A DNA stretch of 63,962 nt, the filler included, from Choristocarpus tenellus KU-1152 (taxonomy: Eukaryota; Protista; Phaeophyceae), in NCBI GenBank assembly GCA_964200185.2. It is 9 parts of 9 records of this genome, joined end to end, with 100 filler letters (N's around TTAATTAATTAA, not from the genome) between each part and the next. Parts side by side here need not be neighbours in the genome. Positions count along the whole stretch, not along the records: positions 39,459 to 57,080 come from CAXNAD020000649.1; positions 57,181 to 61,093 come from CAXNAD020017184.1; 7 more parts are not named here. One strand, 5' to 3'. The position numbers and the translations under genes were made by a program. Positions 49,075 through 61,093 of the stretch are shown here, piece after piece (position 1 is the stretch's first letter; each line of letters begins with the position of its first letter). The notes under the pieces are model-generated. The model ran no database searches and had not been told where the DNA came from. It saw only the letters and a program-made list of their open reading frames with translations.

Positions 49075-51820
49075 ATGGGGGATGACATGAGCAATGATTG
49101 GGAGGGCGATTTGAAGGATGATGGTGATGAAGATGTCGCTAGTCCTGAAAGAGAAGGTGCGCTTGGTATAGGTTCTGCAATGGTTTCCCTCATCCTCCCT
49201 CCAAACCTGATATCGGCTCAGAAAATTTGGGCTGGCTATTGTATTCCTTGAATCTCCTTGATACCACCAATTTTTTCCTCAGGAGAGACGACGTCTAGTC
49301 TGAAAGAGGATTCTAGTGCGACAGATAGAGAAGGTACCAAGGGTAAAAGGCGAGGTAGGGCACAATTGGAGACTGGTGACATGGGAGAGGAGGGTGAGGG
49401 AGATGGGATCGGGGTTGAAGGACAGCGAGAGGACGAGAAGAATAGAGAAAATGAGTTAAAAGAAGCGCGGCGTGCGAAAAAGAAGGCCAAGCTGAAGGCC
49501 CTGAAGGCAGGTTGGTTTTGAGAGGTGTGCAACTTGCTTGAAGACTCGAGCCTTGCACTTCGAAGTGAAACAGTTGGTCGACATAAGTCGTTTGTAGGTC
49601 TGTCTGCAATAAAGTCTTTCGCTTTTTTGTTTATCTTGCCATCTGGGTAGAGGAAGGCTGCATATTTGCACCCTTTTGCACAAATAATGGAAGTCCTTGC
49701 AACAGCATGTTGGAGGCTGCCGTACGTTAGTGAATCCACATGGACATGATGGGTTATGTATCACGAAGTCTCGAGACAACCGATTTCCGTTCCTTGCATA
49801 TGATTGGGGAAGGGGCGCATTATTTGCTTACAATAAACTTCGCTGTCCTCTGGCATGTTTACTTCTGCCACCTCAGGCCAAGCTCAAAGAGAAGAAGAGG
49901 GCGTGGACAGAAGGGGAGAAATCTTCTCGTCAACCGGGTGAGGGGAGTGGGACAAGAGCAGAGAGGACAGGAGCTGGTGGGGTAGGGGAGGAGGATGCGA
50001 GGGAACTTTGGGTGCAGTTCTGCAAGGTCCAGGGAGAGGCAGTTACGCCGCTCGAGCGAGATAACCCTTGGGTCAGGGCGGAATCCCTTGCACATGTGGA
50101 GGGATTTGGAGCGCACACCTTGCCCAAGCTTGCAGGATTCATCAAAGGTGATTGACTGTGTTGAGTATAGACCATGACCTCTGCTATTTATTGCACTGAT
50201 ACCGTTCTGAAGCACAGCAGTGCCTGGAGGAGAGTTACAAATATGCAATGCAAGTCACGTATAGCATCATCCCACCTTCCCCACCCCCAGTCTTATTCCG
50301 TCTACTTCCTGTCATCACTTCATTTCTTTGAAATAAAAGACTCTTGGTTTGTTGTCATTGTCAACACCTTACTGTCCTCGCCCATCTACCTATTGGTCTT
50401 TCTGGACCGGTTGACATGTGAATCAACAATGGTGCAATTGAAGTCTGCCCAATAATGCATGGGCCCACCTTCTCTATGCCCCAGTCTTATTCTATCTACT
50501 TCCTATCTTTATTTCACTTTCCTTGAAGAAAGCATTGCCTGTCAACCTCGCTGTTATGAAGGCCTGTTGTCCTTGCTCAACTACTTGTTGTCTTGTTGAT
50601 GTGTGAATCAATGGTGGAACTGAAGCCTCTGTGGTAGAGTGGAAGTCTAAGCTGTCAAAGGACGCCGCAAGGGGAAGCCCTACAGTGTTGGTTGTGTGCT
50701 CAGGAGCAAGACGCTGCGTCAAGGTAAAGTGTGATCTTGCTGCCTACCCTTGTGAACTGCTTGGTATCATATGTTGAGAGTGCCTTTATTACTTCAGCGC
50801 TGAAAAGGAAGGGTTGGACTGAGTTTGACTTCTAAGAACTTGAACCCAGCAACACCTTGTGATACACAAAAATTGTCAGAAGTTATAGAGTATTAGAGCA
50901 ACAACAAACATGGCGTCAGTAATGGTAAGGTGCTACAGAGTACCAAGTATCAGTGTCTGTGTGTAACAATCTTCTGAGTAGTGTTCCTTGATATAGTTGT
51001 ATTACTGTATTACTATTAATAGTACGGTGCACTTGAGTAGACTGATTGGGTAAAACTAGTTACCTTGGTACTTACATTACCAGTGCAGCTAAGACTAGCT
51101 GTAGTTTAGCCTCCGGAATGTCTGTGACTCCACCACTCTGGTACACTATGAACAACAACAATGTAACAAGGTTTTGTTTGCAAAATGATTTATGACCCCT
51201 CACCCAGGTCAGTGCCATGACATCCTTGGTGATAGAGAAGTGTACACTGTCTTGTGTCAATTTTACTGACATTAAGGCCTGCACCATCTCTTTGCCCGTA
51301 TGCCCCTGCAGAAGGCATAATTGCAAAGTCCCGAAAATTGTAGACCGTGTATGAGTTATGGACAACTCTATTCTATCCCATTTGACGTCAAATGAGGAAT
51401 GTGATAGAAGAGTCTGACAGATTTTTCTCTTATTATGTTGCATTGTCCTCTGACTCTTGTACATTGTTCCTTGCCATGCACCCAAACCAGGTGATCAAGG
51501 CCCTGACAGCCTTCAGATGTCAGGTATTGAAACTCTTTGCCAAACACCTCAAGATGGATGAGCAAAAGACGATGCTTAGGAAGGCCTGCTTCCCCCTGGC
51601 TGTGGGCACCCCAGGCCGCATGAGGCAGCTGGCAAACCTGGGGGCTTTGCAGCTCAGTAGCGCTACCCTTGTGGTGTTAGATCTGGAAAAGGATATCAAG
51701 GGTCGAACAGTGCTCAACATGGAAGGTGTGGCACAGGAAATGATGGGACTTTTGGCTGAATACATTCGGCCAAAGCTGGTCCCATATGGTAAAGGGAAGT
51801 TAAGGCTTGCCATGTACTAG
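49075..51820 (+). CDS. CMS1: CMS1/CMSS1 (90S pre-ribosome factor, DEAD-box-like fold); exons 49075-49156, 49283-49506, 49877-50147, 50626-50723, 51491-51820
   Basis: GSPTVLVVCSGARRC, KLFAKHLKMDEQ, AVGTPGRM, LVVLD..KD.K motifs; exon phases consistent from ATG to TAG. Confidence 0.88.
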
Positions 51821-53753
51821 TGGCTCAGGGATGTGGTTGTTGAGAAGAGTTAGGGTGGATGATGTTGCGATTGAGGGAAATGGGTTGGTGATCGGTTACA
51901 GGCATATTGATGGGGGGGAGATGGGCATGTTTCTTGTGGAGAGATGTAGTGTTTTAGAGTACCGAGTGGTACGATGAAGAATTGCTTTTCTTTCAGAAAA
52001 CATGGCATTTGATCAGGCATAGATGCGAGTTGCTGTTGTCTCTGGAATTTGGAGGGAGATGCTGTCAATTGGCCTCTCCTTTACCCCACCACTTCTCACC
52101 TTTTTGGCAGAGCAGACCGAGAACAAAATGTCCATATACAACCTTGTTGCTAACGTAGGTTGTCTCCATAAGTGGAATGAGCTCATGCAATGCACTTGTG
52201 ATTGCTCTCGCAAACTCCTGGGGTGGTTTCTTTTATCATTGGATACTTGAGTGTATGGTGGTTGTAGCGTATACCTAGGTAGTGAAGTGACCCTGCAGTA
52301 TCAATCAAGAACAGAAAAGTACGCTAGTCTGGACCTACTTGCAACCTGTTGGTGCCTTTGTACATTTTTTGTTACCTCTCTCTGTCCAAATAAATACCGT
52401 TTTGCAGAAGGTTTTGGGATGCAATATGTTCCCCTCAAGGGGTACAGAAAATCTACTTTGGAGTATGTGAAATGGGTGACAGACCCTTTTCTGAATAAAC
52501 AATATAAACCAGAACTGGATCCCACTAGGTCAAGTGCTGGCTGTGATGCTGGTGCAAGCAATTACAATAGTAGAAGTTCCCAACCCTCACACTGTTGTGT
52601 TGTCTTGTGATGTACAGAGTATAACTGGTGCCTTTGGTCACTTTGATGCAGAAATGTGTAGACCGTTGCACCTTAAGAACACAAGAGGAGGTACAAACTG
52701 CTCTGGATGAGGGAGACCAAGAACAGTTAACTCATAGTCCCTACTGTAACTTTGTCCGCGTTTAATAAGGAGGTTTTGTCGAGTACTATATCATACTTGA
52801 TCCAACTTCGGCAAGTCTCAAATATGCGTTCATTCATATGTTGCAATAGAGGTGCCAATCTCTTGCGAGTTGCTCCTTTTAAGTACACCATCCACATCAA
52901 CCCCCTTGTAATTAACTTTTTGTTACAGTGCCATAGATCAATCGGGAGAACTTGAATCGCAAAGAGTAAAACATGGACGCATTGCAGTAAGGGGTGTGGA
53001 TCTATCTGTTGTTGGGATCACCATCCCAGGGAGTACAACGTGTGAAAACGAGGTCACACCATTATCGTACAACTAAGTGGTATGCAATGTGGTTGGTCAT
53101 GACCGTCTCGTAGAATTCTACCCAGACTCCTACAAGTTTATCCGGTGAGAAAGGTCTTCAATCCGCGGATGTTCACCTTGCGTGTTTAACTGGACACCAT
53201 GACTTTCCCACTAAAGTGATCTATATTTCCTCACAGGCATTTGCGCATTCCTTCTATTCCTTATCTCATCCGTTTGGGGAATGGTGATAATATCCCTCGT
53301 TGAACCTACTTTCGCGAGTGATTACAGCTAGCCACCTCAAGATGAATGCCCTCTCACACCTACAGCATTCTCCAATCTATCATAGATGTAAAATGGTGTA
53401 GAGTAGATATATTAGAATGGAGTATTTGACTCCTTGGACAACTTAACACTTAACAATATGTTATGCCCGTAACACAACAGTCAAAAAAATCCAACTTGTA
53501 GTGCCCTGGACACTCCAGACCAAAACATACACAACACTGTACAATGCTCGTGACATTCCGGTACAAAACATGCGTAGCATGCGTTACCATTTTACACATT
53601 ACGCCTTAACACAAATTTTATTTTCTAAAATTGTGTTACGGTCTAACATAGTGCATTTCACGTTATTTGAATGAAACAGGAATAATATTGCACTGGTTAT
53701 GGACACACTTGACAGATAAAAATATCTCTCAACGTCTTATTCAGCCGTGCTCT

Positions 53754-53930
53754 CGCTCAAAGTATCTGGGTGGGGGTGGTGGCTGTCCATTTGGGGTCAA
53801 TTTTTTGATATCGTGATTTTTGGGTGATTTGGTTGCATACGTCAGATGGATAATGTAAATGCACTTTTCCTGATTTTGGGTCAAATGGACACTCTGGTGT
53901 AGACCCCCCCCCCCCCAGATACTTTGGGTT
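53754..53930. mobile_element. MITE family B, complete
   Basis: TIRs CAAAGTATCTGGG/CCCAGATACTTTG; TSD tct/tct. Confidence 0.88.
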
Positions 53931-55229
53931 TCTGTTTCTGCTTCGATGTTGTGTATGGCGATGACTTTGATGTGCGATGATAAATCCAGATGTTCTATCT
54001 ATTCCTTCAGTTGATGTTGTGAATCTCGTACAGTAGGTACCTCTCAAATATGCAAGTTCACTTATGATTATGATCCACAAGATGTTACGTTATTCAGTGA
54101 TAATAACACAAAATGTTGCAGTGTTACAAGACCATATTTTTTTATGACACAGCATGTATTGTGTTGCAAAAGTGTAATAAAAATGTTGTCCAAAGTGGCA
54201 AAGGTGCGAAGCCCATCCCCAGCATACACACCGATGCTTGAAAGAACACAACCCTGCTCACCTGCATCTGCACCAACTGCACCTTCGTCAGTCGTCTCAT
54301 CTTCAAGGGTGAGGGGAGGCTCCACGTTTAGCGGGTGGAAGGTGACCCTGAGGAGGCATTGTTTGCACTGGCATCTTTATTCATCCCAAGCAGGCTATTC
54401 CTGCGATACTTGAATGAATTTGTGAGGAAGTTGAGGGTGGACGGAGGCTTTTATGGCATGCCACATGTCATGTTTATTGATGAACACACATTATACACAT
54501 TGAGCTGGTTGCCATAGAGTACACCTCATGAAATTGCATCTTTCTTTGTCGATTGCCAGTCACCCACGCCTCAACACACACCTAGCCACTGGAATGTGTG
54601 TGTATGACATGCTTCAAAGAGAGAGCAAACAACAATCTGTGCAGGTGTTCACTTGATATCACTGGTGCTGTATCAATTCATAAGCGTGGCTGGTCATGGA
54701 TTATGTAGAGCACAATATCTGTAGCCTAGAATGCCATGAGACCACCAACTGCACCTCTGTGCCCTCTTCATCAGGCCCCCTAAAATCAAGCCCGCACCAA
54801 CCCCACAGAGCCAGCATGGTCTCTGTCCCCCTCCTGTGACAATCTCCTGAGGCTCCAGCAGGTGCTTTCCTAGAACCCTATCCCATCCAATAGCATTCCT
54901 CTGGGCTACTAGGAGTTTCATTGGCTATATGTGGGTGTTTCTAATGCTTTAAATGATCCAAGCCCCAAAATGGAAGTCTGGTCCTCTATACCCTCGGGTT
55001 CATTTTTCGATTTTTCGTGTTTTTTTTCGACTGAGTGTGCCTTACAAGAGTGAACACGATTTTCGTTCAAAAATCAGGCAGGTGTAGATAACCTTTAAGG
55101 AATCAAACTAGTGCACCAACCAGTTTCTCAATTGGCTGTCTTGGCTAAGGGTAATAAATATTCAAACTTTACTCCTTCTGTGGTCCTTAAAATACCCTTT
55201 TTTACGTCTCTTGATGTACATATGTGTGT

Positions 55230-55540
55230 GTGTATCAACATTCGTTGATCCGTGGAGAAATTGGCAGAGCATGCGAGCCACGCACACGTGCAGTGCAATA
55301 TGTGTCGAGCAAACCATTGTACCTCTAAGTAACCAAGCAGATATCTTGTTATATACCCTTCGAAGTATTACGTAATACTAATGATAGTACTATCAAAACC
55401 TTTGCGGTGGAGGCCTTTGGGTGCCTTGGCACACAAGTAGAGCGATTTCTGGATAAGCTGGCGACTCATATTTTGGGTGGCAAGGGGGCAGAGGGTCTTC
55501 ATCGGAAGGGAACAGTGATGGCACACCTGCGATAGATTGG
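55230..55540 (+). mobile_element. 3' fragment of a REL-endonuclease (CRE/NeSL-like) non-LTR retrotransposon
   Basis: TFVDP...TFAVEAFGCLGTQVERFLDKLATHILGG...RKG. Confidence 0.55.
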
Positions 55541-55790
55541 GACAGAAAAGGTTAATAGGAATCTCCAGACCTGTAACACTTTTTAAACTGGAAACACTGG
55601 GTCGGTGGGCTAGGAGGGGCTTGAGTGGTTCGTAGGATTCTTCTCTCGCTTCTCTATTGCCTTCATAGTATCATTTAGGAGCAGTTTGAACTGTACTTGT
55701 TCTAGTAAGCTTTCTCGTTCACTTTTTTTAACGTAATATACTACAATTATTGGTGCAGTATATGATAGACCTTCACCATTGTGGTATTAT

Positions 55791-55969
55791 GACTCAAAGA
55801 ATCTGGGGGGGGTGGTGGCTGTCCATTTGGGATCAAATTTTTCATGTCACTATTTTTGGGTTGTTTGGTTGCATACGTCAAATGGATAATGCAAATACAC
55901 TTTTCCTGATTTAGGTCCAAATGGACACCCTGGTGTAGACCCCCCCCCGCCCCCCAGATACTCTGTGTC
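55791..55969. mobile_element. MITE family B, complete
   Basis: GACTCAAAGAATCTGGGG...CCCCAGATACTCTGTGTC; flanks tat/taa. Confidence 0.85.
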
Positions 55970-56841
55970 TAATGTATTCTTTACCTGGTGTCTCTCCTCC
56001 TACAGATAATGTAGATACTGTGTTGTTTTCTTTACATTATTGTGTTTCTTCCTTGCACCACATGGGCACAAGCATTAGGCTATGAAAACCCAAGAATTCT
56101 TAATCGTTTCATAATATGACCACGACATAAAGGTACGTTTGTCAGTCCTTGTAGCACTCCCCCGCTGGAATCTGATTCAAACCACAACACCAATCCTTCA
56201 ACTTCAACCTTCCTCATCCCCTCACCCAATATTCCTATAATATACGTTATTCTCGAACTTTTTTGTGTTGGTGTCAGATTTTGTGACCCCTTCGACATGA
56301 TGAACTCATTTCCATTTGGACTACCCATTTCTAGGTTTTGCACGTTTCCAGGGTAACGCCCTGGAATTTTATGGTGGTATGCTCGAAAGCACCACCGTAC
56401 GGTACGACTCATGGTTCATTTTTTCTGACTATCCCATGGTACATTACGCTATTATTATGTCCTCTAGTATTTTGTAGATGTGTCAGGGGAAAACCAGGTG
56501 AAAAGATCATTCAATATCAGAACCACCCCTGAAAAAGTAACATCTGTCGTAAATGTGAAAGATATTTTTCCATCATCTACTCCAGTATTTACTATTTTAC
56601 TACCAGCTATGCTACACCACTCCCCTCCTATGCCTCCAACCTAGCTTAGCCCTACACCCCAGAGCGAGGAGCTAGGGAAGCAAGAATATATGACATGCGC
56701 TTTAAGCTAGAGTCACCAGGGAGATGGGCACGGAGGGGTTTATTGGATTCTTGGGATGCCTCCCTTGCTCCCCCCCTGGGGCGCAGGAGTAGGTAGATGG
56801 GAAGCACAGGAAGGCAGTAGTACAATATTGATAGCGGTGAA

Positions 56842-57080
56842 GTGTGAAAGTGTCTTAGAGGGTATGAATTGTTCCCTTTTTGTCCATTTGGGATTTGGCT
56901 TCCCATGGGTTTCTTTATTACTTTTGCCTACTCCAAAATGTTTAGGAGTAGGAAAAATGTATACGTTATGAAAAGGTGTGTCCGGAACATGGATATTGAC
57001 ACTTCCTAACAAACATGATAGTCAAAATTACATCCAAATCGCAACATTGGATTTTGACCCCCAAATGGACGCGGCGCTAC
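56842..57080 (-). mobile_element. MITE family A, truncated by contig end
   Basis: Aligns with 46703-46959. Confidence 0.85.
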
Positions 57081-58806
57081 NNNNNNNNNNNNNNNNNNNN
57101 NNNNNNNNNNNNNNNNNNNNNNNNTTAATTAATTAANNNNNNNNNNNNNNNNNNNNNNNNNNNNNNNNNNNNNNNNNNNNCCCAACAGCCTGTGTGTGTT
57201 TCCCTGGGGGGGGGGGGGGGGAGTTGTGAACCGGGAACTCGACATATGCTTTTGGTCATTCAAGGGCAGATTGTTGTGTGGATAATCCCTTTTTTTCTTG
57301 AGCTGTGGTTAGAATTTTTTTTTTTAATGCAAGATTTAATGTTGTGAAGATCCAGGCATGGGCAAACAGCTTTGGAGTATCTGGGAGCTCGTCTTTGGTG
57401 GGGTAGTGTGGAGCTCTACTTATAGCAGAACATGCATATGCAGGAACAACTACAGATTTGTTTGCCAGTAATCTGTCGTCTTGTAGTGTCTTATGGACAG
57501 TCAATTTCGTGAGCTGTGAGGGCGAGATGAATTACCCTCAATCTGGGTACTGCATAGAGAAAATTAACATAGGGACAATGATCTCACATTTAGAGCTGAT
57601 CTTGTGGACATGAGTATTATGCTGTGATAGGATGGGGGAGGGCATCATTGAGGTGTGATGTGATGCTTATGCTGGCAAACTAGAGAGTGAATGGTAGGTC
57701 AGAATCAGGTGGTTTAAAATCGCACCTCACAGTTCTTCTTTGTACATCCAGTTGAATGGGTTTCCTATCCTGAAGAAAAAACATAAAGCACCAACTGATG
57801 TGAACTGGGCAAAGATACTCACCACATCGAGGATTGCCTCAGACTTTATTCTTTCATTATTCTTGTTTATGATCCTGGAAAGTACAGCGGATGATGAGAT
57901 ATGCCAGCTGGGTTGCCCTTGGACCCTGCTGTCTTGGCATTCTGATAGGTCCGCAGATTTTACTTCTTCCTTCGAGTGTTTAAAGGTACTCTGTCAGTTA
58001 GCGTGACAGAACAGGGTTCCTTGTTGCACGGTAAGTGGCTTAAAGTTATCGTGTTGTGAATCGTAGCGATCGAATCCGTTTGATTCAAATGAAATCGCAA
58101 TTATAAAGAACCTAAACCGAAATTTTTGAGGACAGATTATTCCACTTTTTTTCGTGCCTCGAATGTTTGGAGGAAGGAAAGACCAATACTGGTACACAAA
58201 CTACCTCAAAAGCACTGTACACATTTCTAGAGTTGCAGCATATGCTATGAATGCGTCCAGGTATCTGAAGATGGTGAGGTTGGGTGCCTGCATGACTACG
58301 ACGCCCACTTTCTTCAGGATATATCCTTTCTTATGAGGAGGATCATGGCAAGAAAGGCGAAGGGTTAGATGGAGACACAGAATCCGCCTGAAGGCAGACA
58401 GTGAGTCATAATGATTAAAGAAGGGTTGTGTGGAGGGAGACCACTGTGCCACAACCCACCACGGCATAGATGTTTGGATTGTGTGGTATAGCGTTTTACA
58501 GAGAAAGTGTAAAGGATGCCATGAAGTCAGCTCAGACAGGTGCGTATTGGAAGTCCAGTCAGTACAAGGAGTGCTTGGAGGAGATGTGCAGAGCGTTGAG
58601 GATTGAGTTGAAGAATAAAAATCCAGGACGTATACGGACACATTGGTGATTTTTATTAGTAGAATATATATAATCAGAACACAACAGTTATTAGTTGGTG
58701 ATTCCAATACCGTTCTTCTCTAGCATTCATGAAGATATGGTTCGAAAACTATTCTGTCACTACAAGCTGCGCTTTGAGATTGCTAGCCACCTACCTCCTT
58801 GACAAA

Positions 58807-58906
58807 TCACTCTACAACATTTGGTAACCAAATCACACAAAAATCGTGACATGAAAAAATTGGCTCCAAATGGACAGCCACCACCACCCCCCAGATATTT
58901 TGAGGC
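58807..58906. mobile_element. MITE family B, partial
   Basis: CAAATGGACAGCC...CCCCAGATATTTTGAGGC half-element. Confidence 0.75.
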
Positions 58907-59699
58907 TTTGGTACAAGGGATCCCACCAGTCCACAGTCAGGGCCGAAGTGAGGCCCCTTACCGAAAATCGTCTCGACCACCTTCCTCCACTGTGGAAGAC
59001 TTGCCAAGGGCGATCGTGGAATTGGAGTAAGACCAAGACCATCATTTTCGGACGAAAGTTGATAGAGTAGGCAGTGGGGATCATTCCATTGTCCAGGCCG
59101 CTTTACCCAGCATGCAACCCCTCCTGGTTAAGTATCAGCTGAAGTTGTGGGTAAAGGTTTCCAAGATAGGAGAGTCAGTTCGGACAGATTTAGCTTCAGG
59201 AGCAGTGTGAGTCGGAGGGTCAGGTTCTTCGGCGGAGTTTAGGGTTTGGTGGACATGTTGCTCGCTACAAGTGAGGGCAGAGGTCAAAGCCCCAGCCACC
59301 CAAGTTATTGGACGACTCCAACTACCGGGATCGGAGGAGGTGGTTCATGGAATACGCCAAGTACACCAGCAGGTTGACTGCACTGACAGCCTCAAGGCTG
59401 ACTAACCAGTAGTGCTCCCATGAGGAACTTCTGGCCGATGGACTCAGCGAAACAACATTTGGATGGCTGAAGGAAGTGTATTATGCGCTCACCTCGCTCT
59501 TGTTGCACCTGCCACAGATGGTTTGTGCTTCACGCTCCAGACTCCAGTCGCTGGAAATTCCACACACGGCAGGGGTCAGCTTCATCGAAATGGTCAAGCC
59601 CATGGAGGGGATGGAAGTTTAATGGAGGAAAGAAAGAGAATAGTTCCCATTCAAGTCAAATATTCTAGAGAACAATCCTGGTGACAGGTGTGCCAAAAT

Positions 59700-60970
59700 T
59701 GGACACAAGAAGGTAGCTTGCCCAAGCCGCATTTGCACCAAGTGTGGTGGACGGGCTCTTTGCTGTGACCGTGGGATTAAGCAGGAGTTCACATCATCAG
59801 CAGACAGTCCTAAATTCAATGGGGTTGCTGAACGAATGCTGGGTATTATTGATGAGGCTTCAATAGCTGCTCACCTACAAGCTCGACTCCTTTTTCCCAT
59901 ATATCTATCCCCAACACAGACTCTCTAAGCTCAACACTATGTCTGTGACTCTCTCCACTGCACATTGGCCATGGCTAATTCTGGTTGCAAATCACCCTTT
60001 GAACTATGGTATGGATCCCCTGCTGACCTATCAATTCTTCAACTGGTTTTTGCCGTTTCAGTAAGACCCGTAAGAATTTCCAAAGGCTCAGTGGGTTTTT
60101 TAGCTACGGCTGGGGGTCAACCATCCCTTGATGCATAACATGTTCTTACTTCGACTGGTGCCATTTTTACCATGTGTAACCTGACCTGACTGTCCACTAA
60201 GGACCTCAAGTCTTGCCCCAGTGGGAAAGGTTGACCCTGCTTCACGAAAGGGGAGGGGGCGGCTTGATGCAGAACCTTACTCTGAGGGCAAGCTTTCCAG
60301 TCCCGAAGCAGGTAGCCCAATAATACATGCACGGTTTGTTTGTTCATCTCACTCCTCTACCACATCCCTATCTGATGACTCTTCTTGTAGCGACAAAAGT
60401 AATGACAGGTTTGTGCTAGGTGAGAGGCCATCTTGACTAATGATCCTCCCCTTGGTGGGGAGTGTGTAGGCCAGACTGTCAAGGACCTGCCTGTTGACCC
60501 TCCCCCTGGTGGTGATTAGGGAAGCCAGGTTGACATGAGTCTGTCCAAAGACATTGCACGAGACAAGTGAAGGGAGTGTAGGACATGTCTCATCCTTGAG
60601 TTCGCAACGCTTGCCACAGGCAGGCCTTTATATGATGTAACCTGGGCGAAGAAATATACATGCACCTCGGACAGGGATGAGGAGATACAGACGTTCTGTA
60701 TCAGGGGGGGCAATGGTGTGTGTGTGGAGAGCAGTAGCCTGGCTTTCTAGGACCCAGTGTATCATTGCACAGTCCACTTCAGAGAGGTGGAGTATGTAGT
60801 GATATGGGAAAGTGTGAAGGAGTTGTTGTTGAGGGGTTTCTCGGAGTTTGTATGGCCTGATGTTTTTGGCTTGCTGCGTGGTGTATGAGGACAGCACTAG
60901 GGCCATTTACTTGGCTAACAGCTCCCTGAGTTCAGGCAGGACCAAGCACATAGATATAGGGCGCCACTTT
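59700..60970 (+). mobile_element. Ty1/copia relic: integrase core and RNase H, RT apparently deleted
   Basis: GIKQEFTSSADSPKFNGVAERML; KSPFELWYG; AVAWLSRTQ..IAQST; YEDSTRAIYLANSSLSSGRTKHIDI. Confidence 0.8.
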
Positions 60971-61093
60971 GAGTGAAAGTACTTTAAAGGGTACGAGTTT
61001 TGCCCTGTTTGTCCGTTTGGGGCTTGGCTTCCCACAGGTTTTTTATCACTTTTTTTTTACCTACTCCGAAATGTTTTAGAGTGGGTAAAATAC
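60971..61093 (-). mobile_element. MITE family A, truncated by contig end
   Basis: GAGTGAAAGTA...GGGTACGAG terminus, inserted in copia RNase H. Confidence 0.82.

Noticed and set aside
57250-57600. Possible gypsy integrase trace on minus strand (PD*G*FIS...IRHYKTT)
   Set aside because: Too degenerate to support as a feature
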